Numbered from the stretch's first letter, positions 26,586-37,170 are shown. The stretch is 37,619 nt of DNA from Phoronis australis (GCA_002633005.1 NMRA01000302.1:41433-79051); one strand, 5' to 3'. Numbers and translations are program-made. Notes: generated by a model not told the origin, from the letters alone.

Positions 26586-28634
26586 AAATCAAACCACAGT
26601 TGTACATATTACCTCAGTTCCAATGATATTGTACTGGCATTGACAACAGACGAATCAAAACTATGCTTTGTACATGAGGCGCTCATTAATGTACATACCA
26701 ATTTGAAGTAAGTCTTCTATTATACATGTAGTTCTCATTCGTAGAGAAAATTCAGTTACAAACTTTGATGTCATTAGGTGCAACTGTGTGGTCATTAGGT
26801 GCAGTTTTCCGTTGATATTCTTACTCTTTAATCTTGATCTTTCTTAGTTACCAGGGACATCTCTCTCTTTCACATAAAGAATGCAACATCTATGCAATGT
26901 AATGCCCCAATACTTCACTATGCACATGCATACACCACACGCAGAGTTGTAAGTGCGCATACGCAATTGCGTTCTAGTTCTTATTATTCTTATTCTTCTT
27001 CCTCCCTTTTCATGTTGTTATTAATCATACATTCATTCATTTAGAACAATAATATTCATTGTGACTGATACGATAGTTAAGGAATTTATGTTGATTATAT
27101 TTTTTGACCCAAAATGCACTAGGATGACCTGAAACGGGTCAAGGAGCGCATGTTGTCAAAATGCTTCTTCTTTTACAGTTTTTTATATAGACTCTTCGAA
27201 TTTTGTTAACAAGTAGGCACTAGAGATCTGCATCCGAAATTTATTTTGATTTCCAATCGGATCAAGGGAACCTAGTTTCCGGGACAAAGGTCATTAAGTG
27301 CAAAAGTGATTTTTGAGCTAGACTTTTCATAATCATGCATCTGGTTACCATTCATAAAGGAAGTTCGGTTACAATTTCTGGGTTCACTAGGTGCAAATTT
27401 GGGGGCCATTAAGTGCAGTTTTCTGTTAAATCTAAGACATATTCAATCAGCTTGTACTTAAATGATGCGTTAGGGAAAGCATTTATATTCATGGTGGTTA
27501 AACCAATTGCCGATCAAATTCTATTGTTCACATGGATTTGACTCAAAATGCACCAGATTGACCCGAAATGGGTCAAGGGGTGCATTCCATCAAGTTGCTT
27601 CTTCTCCTACAGGTTTTTAGATAATCTGAATTTAGATAACAAGCAGGCACTACAGATCTGCATCCGAAATTTACGTGGAATTTAAATGGGATCAAAGGTA
27701 CCGAGTTTCAAGGTCAAAGGTCATTAAGTGCAAAAGTGGTTTTTGAGCTACACCTTACAAAATCAAGTATATAGTTTACATTGGTAAAGAAAATTCAGTC
27801 ACAAACTTTGGGGCCATTAGGTGCAACTGTGTGGTCATTAGGTGCAGTTTTCCATTGATAATCTTACTTTTCTCTCTTGCTTTTTCATAGTTAGCAAGGA
27901 CATCGCTCTCTTTCACACGAAGGATGCAACTTTTATGCAATGTAATGCGTCTTTACTTCACTATGCATGTGCATACACTACGCGCAGATTTGTAAATGCG
28001 CATACCCAATTGCGTTCTAGTATTCTTATTTTTCTTATTCTTCTTATTCTTCCTTCCTTTTCAGATTGTTATTACTCAAACATCCATTAGATAACAACAA
28101 TCATATTCAGAATCCTTGATAAGATAATCAAGAGGTTTTTATTAATTGTAATTTTTTGAACCCAAATGCACCCGAATGACCCAAAACGGGTCAAGGAGTG
28201 TATTTCGTAAAATTGCTTCTTCGTCTAAGGGTTTTTACATAGGCTCTTCGAATTTTGTTAACAAGTAGGCACTAGTCGAGATCTGCATCCGAAATTTATT
28301 TTGAATTCCAATAGGATCAAGGGAACCGAGTTTCCGGGTCAAAGGTCATTAAGTGCAAATGTGATTTTTTACATAGTCATGTATATAGTTCTCATTCGTG
28401 GAGAAAATTTAGTTACAAACTTTGATGTCATTAGGTGCAACTGTGTGATCATTATGTGCAGTTTTCCGTTGAATCAGATATTCTTACTCCTTAATCTTGC
28501 TCTTTCATAGTTACCAGGGACATCTCTCTCTATCACACAAAGGATGCAACATCTATGCAATGTAATGCCCCAATACTTCACTATGCAGATGCATACACAA
28601 CGCGCAGAGTTGTAAGTGCGCATACGCAATTGCA

Positions 28635-29138
28635 TTCAGGCACAACTTTAGTAATGTCTCTCCAAACTGTAAATGTGGTGACAATTAATCTTCAAATGTC
28701 CCCTCATCGAATACCTGAGAGACTCACTCTTTCGTGCACTCAATGATAACCAATCAATTGTTAACGCTCTCAATTCTTGTAATAATATCCCTACTGGAGT
28801 TACATTATTATTGAATGGTAGTCCTAACCTTGACCTCGTTCTCAACGAATTCCTCCTAAGCAACGTTAGTAATTTTTATGTACTGTTTATCAATATTGCT
28901 GCGTCTGATTTCCATACATGAATCTACATATTTTTGTTTTCATATATTTGTAATAGCATATCTAAGTATTGGAATACTTATATTAGATGCTACTTAATTG
29001 TGTATACCTCTATGTATATTAGTTTCATTTATGAATTGTTTACAACCCAGATATAATGCTTCGCGGTTTCTGGGTTTGTTATTATTCTTTGTATGTTCTG
29101 TGTATTCTTCAATAAATATATATCACTTTAAAAAAAAA
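28635..29138 (+). mobile_element. 5'-truncated CR1-like LINE inserted in the Helentron array
   Basis: FRHNFSNVSPNCKCGD...FKCPL...RDSLF...LLLNGSPNL...N (ORF2 C-terminal zinc-knuckle region), 3' UTR stem-loop, AATAAA at 29111, poly(A) at 29129-29138. Confidence 0.85.
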
Positions 29139-32100
29139 TACTTTTTATTTCCAATCGGATCAGGGAACCTAGTTTCCGGGTCAAAGGTCATTAAGTGCAA
29201 AAGTGATTTTTGAGCTACACCTTTCATAATCATGCATATGGTTACCATTCATAAAGGAAGTTCAATTACTAACGTTGGGTTGAACTTTGGGGTCATTAAG
29301 TGCAGTTTTCTGTTAAATTTAAGACATTTTCAATCAGCTTGTACATAAATGGTGCATTAGGGAGAGCATTCATATTCATGGTGGTTCAACCAATTGCCGA
29401 TCAGCTTCTATTGATCACATGTATTTGACTCAAAATGCACTGGATTGACTAGAAACGGGTCAAGGAATGTATTCTGTCGGATTACTTCTCCTTCTATAGG
29501 CTTTTAGATTGATTCTTCAAGTTTTGTTTACAAGTAGGCACTAGAGATCTGCATCCGAAATTTAGGTGGAATTTAAATCCGATAAAGGGAACCAAGTTTC
29601 CGGGTCAAAGGCAAAGGTCATTAAGTGCAAAAGTCATCTTTCAGCTAGACCTTACATAATCACGCATATACTTTTCATTTGTAAAGGATATTCAGTCACA
29701 AACTTTGGGGTTATTAGGTGAAAATGTGGGGTCATTTGGTGCACTTTTCCGTTGATATTCTTAGTTTTTACTCTTGCTCTTTCATAGTTACCAGGGACAT
29801 CTCTCCCGTTCACACAAAGGATGCAAATTTTATGCAATGTAATGCGCTTATACTTCACTGTGCATGTGGATACACCACGCGCAGAGTTGTAAGTGCGCAT
29901 ACGCAATGGCATTCTAGTTCTTATTCTTCTTATTCTTATTCTTCCTTCCTTTTCAGATTGTTATTACTCTTGCATCGATTCGTTAACAAAAATCATATTC
30001 ATTGTGGTTAATACGATAATGAAACGATTTTTAATGATTATATTTTCACCCAAAATGCACCGGAATGACCCAAACAGGTCAAGGAGTGCACTCCCTTAAA
30101 ATGCTTTTTCTTGTAGAGGTTTCAATTTTGTAAGTAAGTAGGCACTAACGAAGTGCATCCATTCCGAAATTTACTTGGATTTCCAATCGGATGAAGGAAA
30201 ATGAGTTTCCGGGTCAAAGGTCATTAGGTGCAGAAGTGATTTTTGAGCTAGACCTTTCATGATCATGCATGTGATTACCATTCATAAAGGAAGTTCAGTC
30301 ACAAACTTTGGGGTCACTAGGTTCAAATATGGGGTCATTAAGTGCAGTTTTCTGTTAAATTTAAGACTTTTTCAATCACCTTGTACGTAAATGATGCATT
30401 AGTGAGAGCGTTCAAATTCATGGTGGTTCAACTAATTGCCTATCAAATTCTATTGATTACATGGATTTGACTCAAAATGCACCGGATTTACCCGAAATGG
30501 GTCAACAAGGGCATTCCGTCAAATTGCATCTCGTTCAACAGGTTTTTAGATAGACTCTTCGAATTTTGTTAGGAAGTAGGCACTAGAGATCTGCATCCGA
30601 GGTTTACTTGGAATTTCAATCGGATCAAGGTAACCGAGTTTCCGGGTCAAAGGTCATTAAGTGCAAAAGTGATTTTTGAGCTAGGCCTTACATAATCAAG
30701 TGTGTAGTTTTCATTCGTAAAGAAAAATCAGTCACAAACTTTGGGGTCATTAGGTGCAACTGTGTGGTCAGTAGGTGCAGTTTTCCGTTGATATTCTTAC
30801 TCTTCACTCTTGCTCTTTCATTGTTACCAGGGACACCTCTCTCTTTCGCACAAAGGATTTAACTTTTATGCAATGTAATGCAACTATACTTCACTATGCA
30901 CATGTAAGTGCGCATACGCAATTGCGTTCTAGTTCTTATTCTTATTCTTATTCTTCTTTCGACCAACTTCGAGGCTTAATAACTCCAAAATGGGTGCAGG
31001 TACAGTATGTTTTTTAAATTCTGCATGTGATTTTTGGCAGTACATAAATTTTGATTCGTTATTTAATCATATTCCAAATTGCACCGGAAGAGGTCGTTTG
31101 AGGCAAAGGTCATATAATTTTCAAAATGCTACTCCTTCAGTTTTAAAGCTATCTTTTTCAAATTCGGTGCACTGGTATAAGTCAACATGACAATTTAAAA
31201 AAATTACTTTTCTAAGTAGGTAATCGAATTATCCAATCAGATAAACAGGTCAAAGGTCATTAGGTGCAAACTAATATTTTTAGCGAGACACTTCAAATTC
31301 AGAAGTCTGATTGGTACTTCTAATTCAATTCGAATTACAAAGTTTCAGGTGATTTAGTGCAATCATGGGGTCATTAGGTGCATTTTTCTTCAGAAAATTA
31401 GTCTTTTTCCTTCACCAAGTATTCTGGTTTGTCACCCGTTGGACAACTGTTATTGTCAGCATTAAGCACGCTTTTCACGGGCTTTGCAATAATTCTCTTA
31501 AAGATGCTGATAATGCACTGGATAGGGTCAATTAGTGCAAAGGTCATCTAACGTTCAAAATTCTATATCTACTACATTTTTCAAGGAATTCTTTTCAATT
31601 TCAGCACACTGGTGTAAGTCAACATGCCAATTGAACACCCTTCTTTACTACGCAATAGGCTTAACCAATACGAAAAAATAGGTCGGAGGTCATTGAGTGC
31701 AAACTAAAATTTTGAGCTAGAGACTTCAAAATTACATATCTGTTTACTAAATGCAATTGAGCTTGAATTCTAAATTTTTAGGCCATTTGGTGTACCCATG
31801 GGGTCATTAGGTGCATTTTTCTTCTGAAAGTTTGACCAATTCATTCATGTTGTAATCTGAAGTGCTTAAAGTAAAACATCTGTGATTCTTAGCATCAACC
31901 ACACTTTTAATTGAGTTTAGAATTTTTCCCTCATTGGGGCTCTTAATGCACTGGAAGAGGTCAATTAGTGGAAAGGTCATCAAAATATTTACATGTAATT
32001 TCTCCTACAATTTTAAACAATTACTTCTCATGTTGGTGAACAGGTTGCTGTCAATAACTTGTCATAACAATCCCAGTTATACGCACGCGCAGTGTCCATT

Positions 32101-32384
32101 ATTGTCACGCCGTGACAATAATCTTTCTAGAGGAATATTTGGTTGTCACAACGCGGTGGCTTTCAGTTCACCATTCCAAGAGTAATCCTAATTATATGAA
32201 AGAACTCAGCAAGACACTTTCTATAAACTATATTTATGTCTTCTCAATTATCACACACTTCTGATCAGTCATAAAGAAATCTTTGAAATTTTTTAAGTAC
32301 AGTCATAATTTTTTCACAGGTTACAGCAGTTAATAAAAGCTGCGCAGAACAATACCATATTGAACGAGGAGTTTAACACCTGAC

Positions 32385-32411
32385 CTTTACTCTTACTCTC
32401 CAAATTATTTC
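32385..32411 (-). CDS. Candidate 27-nt juxtamembrane linker micro-exon of the IgSF gene
   Basis: TTGTCTGTTTCAG acceptor and AAG|GTCAGG donor, phase 1-1, open in frame: (G)NNLESKSK. Short, so chance cannot be excluded. Confidence 0.5.
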
Positions 32412-32957
32412 CTGAAACAGACAAAAGTGCATCGTGAATATCTTACGTGGCAACGAAGTCGATGATGAAACTTGGGTTTGTCACCAAAAGGTGACGTCAG
32501 ACTTGAGAAAGAAATTAGGTCAAAGGCTCCCACTTCGCAATTGCTGGAAAAGGATTATCCAGAAATTAATTATGAACATATCGCAGTCTAGAAATAATTT
32601 GTAGAAGTTATCCCAGTAATTAGCAATTAGGTGTGTACTCTCAGAGACTTTTCATTTTCAGTGAGATTTAGTTATTTAGTTTTCCTAAGTGTGTCAAAAA
32701 TGACCGCAACTTAAACTGGCAACCACGTAATAAGCAACAGATAATGATAGAAACATTCTAACCCGTGTTTTACAATATTAACAAATATTATTTACTACAA
32801 CTAGATCACTTTAAGTGACATCGGCGAAAACAATTTCCTGGGATAAACCTCAACAAGTCCCTCTATTGGAGAGCTTCAGAACTAAAAACAAAGGTCTTTA
32901 CCCCAGTATTTAGAACACTGTGAATTTCACTTTACCCGGACGGGTTTACTTTCTTAC

Positions 32958-33123
32958 CTTTTGTTGTCACCTCGAAATTCGAAGAACAAGACAGTTTGTT
33001 TGGGAAGTCAGTATTAGAAGAACACACTCTAAAAGTGTGCAGAGTGCCCCTCATAAGTTGCACCGCTGTCAATGTCGGTATGGTACCGTTAGTTTCCGTC
33101 TTGTACCCAATGTCTACTTTTGA
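32958..33123 (-). CDS. IgSF gene exon: C-terminal half of FN3 domain
   Basis: TTTTCAG acceptor, AAG|GTAAGA donor, phase 0-1; SKVDIGYKTETNGTIPTLTAVQLMRGTLHTFRVCSSNTDFPNKLSCSSNFEVTTK. Confidence 0.88.
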
Positions 33124-33675
33124 CTGAAAAGAGTTACAAAGCAATGAAAGCTACATGTATAGACGTGGCTTCAATTGAGTTCCAGCAATTTGTAAAACTA
33201 AGACACAAGACTCGGGTGGAACCAAACGACTATTCTATTTTAACATAATCTACGCTAAGTAAAGTGCACTTGTATTCATTGACAACTTGTAAATGTGAAA
33301 ACAAAAAATTCTACAAATAGATGACCTTTGCACTAATGACGTACGGGGGCTCACATACCCCGCATCATGTTGTGTCCCCACGTCACGATTTTTACTAGAC
33401 ACGGTTCAATGATTTGCGGTGGATCATTTTCGCCACAAAACTCGTTCTTGGAACCACTTGGCAATTTTTAGCCTACACCATATTTACATCGTCGATATTT
33501 GTTGTGTTTATAACTAATTTGACCAAGCAACCACAGAGATAAAGAATTTGCCTGCAATTTCCACTTTAAGATGACACTGAAATTCGTATACGTTGGATTC
33601 AACTCATTTTCACATGTACATGTACATATATATACGTGATTTTTTTTTTGGATATTTCATATTTTATGTTAGTAC

Positions 33676-33788
33676 CTGTAGAGTGAAGTATTGTGTTGAA
33701 CCGCCATCGAATCCAGCGACACATGCGACTGTGATGGACGTTTCGGACACCATCTTTACTTTACAGCCAGATGGCGCCTCGGATGGAC
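33676..33788 (-). CDS. IgSF gene exon: N-terminal half of fibronectin type III domain
   Basis: GACAG acceptor, CAG|GTAC donor, phase 1-0; (G)PSEAPSGCKVKMVSETSITVACVAGFDGGSTQYFTLQ with the GFDGGxxQxF motif of nephrin/sidestep-type FN3 domains. Confidence 0.92.
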
Positions 33789-34924
33789 CTGTCAGTAATC
33801 AGTGGAGATGGAACAGCAGTCGTTTTGCTAGATTTTCATGGAAAACTATTCCGCTACTTTACATACACTTGATTCCTGAGGTGAACCGGTGCGGCCGAAA
33901 GTCCCATACGATTACGAGGTAACCTGTGCTTAGGAACAGTCCTGTAAACACTATTTTTCTACATCTGTTGCTCATTTCTATTCAGACCTTATAATACATC
34001 CGGGCGATTTCACAGTAAGGTGATCATAGAAATTGAAAATGGCAACTTGTAAAGGAGTGAACTGTACATACGGCTTCAGCGATTAGTGTGAAATACAAAT
34101 GTTTTTTGCCAACTAAAAATTATTTTCAATGTGGCAGGGCATACAAATTGGTAGGAATATGATTTATGAATTTGGAAATACCTGGGTAAAAATACAGAAT
34201 TAAAGCACAGACTTCATTGTGGCAACAGTATACAAGCTGCGGTGCCATTGAGTTTTATAACTAACGTTCAGTTGGCTTGTTTTCTTGTTTTTGTCTAGGG
34301 AACAATTGGAGCCAAACTTAATTCCCTTTTCCTGTCGAATGATGGTGGTCACGGGTGATTCACTGGGCGATCATTCTGTCATGTTCGACTGAGTGCCGAT
34401 GGGAAGGTACAATATCCATCGCAATAAGAGCCCACCATTTTTTTGAGTTAGCGCATTTGGGTCATTGAAAAAGTCTCTCTTCTTATATTGCCACTTTCCC
34501 GTAGATTTTAACTGCAACAAATTGCTTTATTGAATTAAAACTTGACAAAAACAACCATTTGATATGCAGTATTTTAACCTAACAAACCCAAGCAAAACAT
34601 AACTCATCTGATGAGTTCTGTGGCTATAACGGACCCTTCATAAAGTTCCTAACTTAAAGTGATGCCTTTTTAGAGAAATAAAAAAGACTGCGTGGAAAGT
34701 TGGAATGTTTGCGTTCCATAAGCCTGAGGCAAGCTTTCTTGGCAAGTGTCTTGCCTTACAGACCGCACTGAGTGGCGAATGATTTTTTGTCGAACTCTGC
34801 TGTATTAGTGTCCTCACGTTTCGTATATTCAAAATGAATACCGAAAACTGCTATCAAATCAAACTACACTTCTTTTCTTTATCTGTAACTACATATTTTG
34901 GAACAAACTACAACAAGACATTAC

Positions 34925-35016
34925 CTGCCGGAACAACTTCTATTTGACAGAGTTGGTTGAGAGAGCCCATAGCATTGGTGGCGTTACACGACAGCTTTCC
35001 GAAATCTGAGGTGCTT
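34925..35016 (-). CDS. IgSF gene exon: end of membrane-proximal Ig domain
   Basis: TTTTAG acceptor, AG|GTAATG donor, phase 2-1; (R)STSDFGKLSCNATNAMGSLNQLCQIEVVPA(G). Confidence 0.9.
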
Positions 35017-35219
35017 CTAAAACATAAATTGAATCGCTGATTGAGTTAACGGACAAACATAACGAAAGGTGATAGAGACGCTGTTATCTGAATTTTCAAA
35101 TATATTAAATTATTTTGCAGGCAAAACAATCTAACATTTCTACTAAAATTTCTTTACTTCTTTCCATGAGCAAAATTTGAATCTCGTATTGTACTAGTAT
35201 TGGCACTACACTTTTAGAA

Positions 35220-35461
35220 GATGCATTGTGACCTAGTAGGACGAGTGTCCGGTTCCTATACGAAAGATTGTGGGTTCGAGTCCTACTGGGGCACACTGCT
35301 TGGCACTTGAGTCAGGTTTCTAGCTCCTCAGCTCGGTTTCAGCTCTGTATTTATAAAGCACAAAACGGTTTCAGAAGAACAGTGCAATGGGCCCACCTAA
35401 GCGTCCTGCGCATGCGTAACAGACTGCCAGCAATCACTACTTTATTCTATTACTTTTATTT
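35220..35461 (+). mobile_element. tRNA-Arg(CCT)-derived SINE, intronic and antisense to the IgSF gene
   Basis: A-box-like TGACCTAGTAGG (35229), B box GGTTCGAGTCC (35273-35283) in the tRNA-Arg context GATTGTGGGTTCGAGTCC, TCCTA at the anticodon position, unrelated body and (TTA/CTA)-rich tail; acceptor stem is broken, so not a tRNA gene. Confidence 0.75.
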
Positions 35462-35486
35462 CTTACAGACCTTCAATTTGTCATAC

Positions 35487-35691
35487 CTTGCTGTGTAAGA
35501 AAACGACCCTGTCACAACAGCACTGTTAACCATAGTCGAAGAGTGTACTTCAGACCAAACGGACTTAGTTCCTAGTTTGACGTCAAACGCTGTAAGTGTG
35601 GGATTGGCTAGAACGTGGCACGCGATTGAGATTGACACCCCTTGCTTAGCACCATATTTCAATTTCTGTCCCGGCATGCAGTATGGAGTAA
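35487..35691 (-). CDS. IgSF gene exon: N-terminal part of membrane-proximal Ig domain
   Basis: TTTCAG acceptor, AG|GTATGA donor, phase 1-2; (F)TPYCMPGQKLKYGAKQGVSISIACHVLANP... matches the PxC...YG...IxCxVxANP pattern of the last Ig in sidestep/echinoid-type proteins. Confidence 0.88.
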
Positions 35692-36175
35692 CTGAAAGTA
35701 TGCAATCGTCACCGAGTTACGATAAATAATGTAGAGCTCCGTCTTGCACTCATAAGACACATTTATTTGTAACATAAAACTACGAATACACGAGGCCGAA
35801 CATAAGCATTGACAAAAAGCGGAAGAAAGCACACCAGGGTAGAGTTCGATAAAGCTAGGATCTAGCACCTTGATAGAAATACAATTCTTAGCGAGATTAT
35901 GGGAGATATTGCCGTGTATTTTCAATGAGAGCACGTGATTTAGGCTATATTTTTCTCGGCGCGAGACAGCTACTGAATTCTATCCAGAATTTCTCGTGAT
36001 GACTAAAAAGTTAACGCTAGTTGGCGCTACAATCCTACGAAAGAATAAGGACTGCGCACCCATTACAATTCATCGCTAGCATGTGCGCATGTAGGCTACT
36101 GGTTACTGAAGTTCTTTGTGCTTATCATTATTTTGCAATTATTGTAGAAACAAACGTCCTACACAAGTAACTTAC

Positions 36176-36304
36176 AAGAAACATTCATGAACACGTAACC
36201 ATTAGCAACGCCCCATTTGTTTGACGCTCTACATTTATACTCTCCAAAATCCCTTCCTGACACTGGTGGAAACGACAAGGTAGCACCACTCGACTTCTTC
36301 GTTC
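36176..36304 (-). CDS. IgSF gene exon: C-terminal half of Ig domain
   Basis: CCACAG acceptor, GTAAGT donor, phase 1-1; (G)TKKSSGATLSFPPVSGRDFGEYKCRASNKWGVANGYVFMNVS(F). Confidence 0.92.
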
Positions 36305-36533
36305 CTGTGGACAGAAATTCAAATTGTATGCAAAATACCAACCTTATTGCAAACAAGAGAATCTGCTAAAAGGCATAAGAATGATATGAAACGATGATAT
36401 GGAACAATGTCGTTTAAAAGACAAAATATATAGGCATTGCTTTTTTATATAATTCTGGGATTAACAAGTTGATACAAATACTATGATTTCACGAGTGTTG
36501 AGCTCTGTGGCACAATATACATGTAAAACTTGC

Positions 36534-36662
36534 CCGTTCCAGCGTGGTACCATTCAAAAGAGGCACTTGGGATTGCGAGTGCACTGCAAGAAACCTTTTC
36601 TGGCACACTTCCCTCGATGATGTCGATCACGGTATGAGAGAGAGTGACCTCTTCCGGTGGGT
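36534..36662 (-). CDS. IgSF gene exon: N-terminal half of next Ig domain
   Basis: TTTCAG acceptor; (Y)PPEEVTLSHTVIDIIEGSVPEKVSCSALAIPSASFEWYHAGT(G) with Ig B-strand Cys and C-strand Trp; the best phase-compatible donor is G|GCAAGT (GC-AG). Confidence 0.88.
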
Positions 36663-36927
36663 CTGAAATTTTACAAATTGTGACTCTTCGTATATTATCA
36701 ACAGTTGGTGAAAATGATGGAAATTCGCTCATACAAGTTTCAAATTGGCCGTGTCATATGACGTATAAATGAAATAAACACTACTATTCGAAGTTCAAGT
36801 GTTTTTATTTTGTTTCACGTGTACGAAATACAAGTGGCTGTCGAATATGAACGGAGGGCTGTCATTCAAGTTGAACGTTTTCACAATGGTGCAGCATTTG
36901 TTTGAAAGTAAATGTAGGCATACGTAC

Positions 36928-37050
36928 ACTGGACTTCTAACTTAAGTTCCTTTCCTTCTCTTTCTCCTAAAGCATTCCTGGCGCGGCATTTGTAAAGACC
37001 AGCGTCTAGTGTCCGATTGGACGCATTTATAGTCAGTGTAGTATTACCCC
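36928..37050 (-). CDS. IgSF cell-adhesion gene (echinoid/sidestep/nephrin-like), exon: C-terminal half of an Ig domain
   Basis: TTTGCAG acceptor, GTACGT donor, phase 1-1; translates (G)GNTTLTINASNRTLDAGLYKCRARNALGEREGKELKLEVQ(Y) with the Ig F-strand motif DxGxYxC. Not in the ORF track (no ATG). Confidence 0.9.
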
Positions 37051-37089
37051 CTGCAAACAAAGCAATCTATGACAATCGTTTTATGCGTC

Positions 37090-37170
37090 CTGTACGCGCA
37101 CACTCTCACACATCCACACAGGCTCATGCGCACATGCACACACGCAAACACAAACATATGCATGTATGTA
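37090..37170. repeat. Degenerate (CA)n repeat
   Basis: Directly visible, intronic. Confidence 0.7.

Larger units (their letters stand above)
23434..30933 (+). repeat. Head-to-tail array of six family-B Helentron units (about 1.0-1.05 kb when intact)
   Basis: One 5' hairpin (TACTCTGCGC-GTTGAA-GCGCAGAGT); 3' ends of consensus GTAAGTGCGCATACGCAATTGCGTTCTAG at 23856, 26977, 28020, about 28637 (truncated), 29917 and 30932; about 430-bp internal subrepeats. Confidence 0.88.
23377..32130 (+). mobile_element. Family-A Helentron (5' piece 23377-23433, body 30934-32130) enclosing the family-B array
   Basis: Both pieces match the reverse complement of 5042-6373; the 3' end has the subTIR, the TTATTGTCACG-C-CGTGACAATAA hairpin and CTAG at 32127-32130. 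Confidence 0.85.

Noticed and set aside
6373-30934. Inversion between the two oppositely oriented family-A copies as the cause of the flipped TM exon
   Set aside because: Both flanks of the 5042-6373 copy are the same LINE in frame, so that copy has not recombined.
6066-31190. ORFs inside Helentron copies (e.g. 6066-6374, 23771-23956, 27842-28090, 29718-30011)
   Set aside because: Frames are not conserved between repeat copies.
23377-32130. CRISPR-like or prokaryotic repeat system
   Set aside because: Units are 0.4-1 kb without unique spacers; spliceosomal introns and LINEs show the DNA is eukaryotic.
35220-35295. Functional tRNA-Arg gene
   Set aside because: Acceptor and anticodon stems do not pair; it continues into a SINE-like body and tail.
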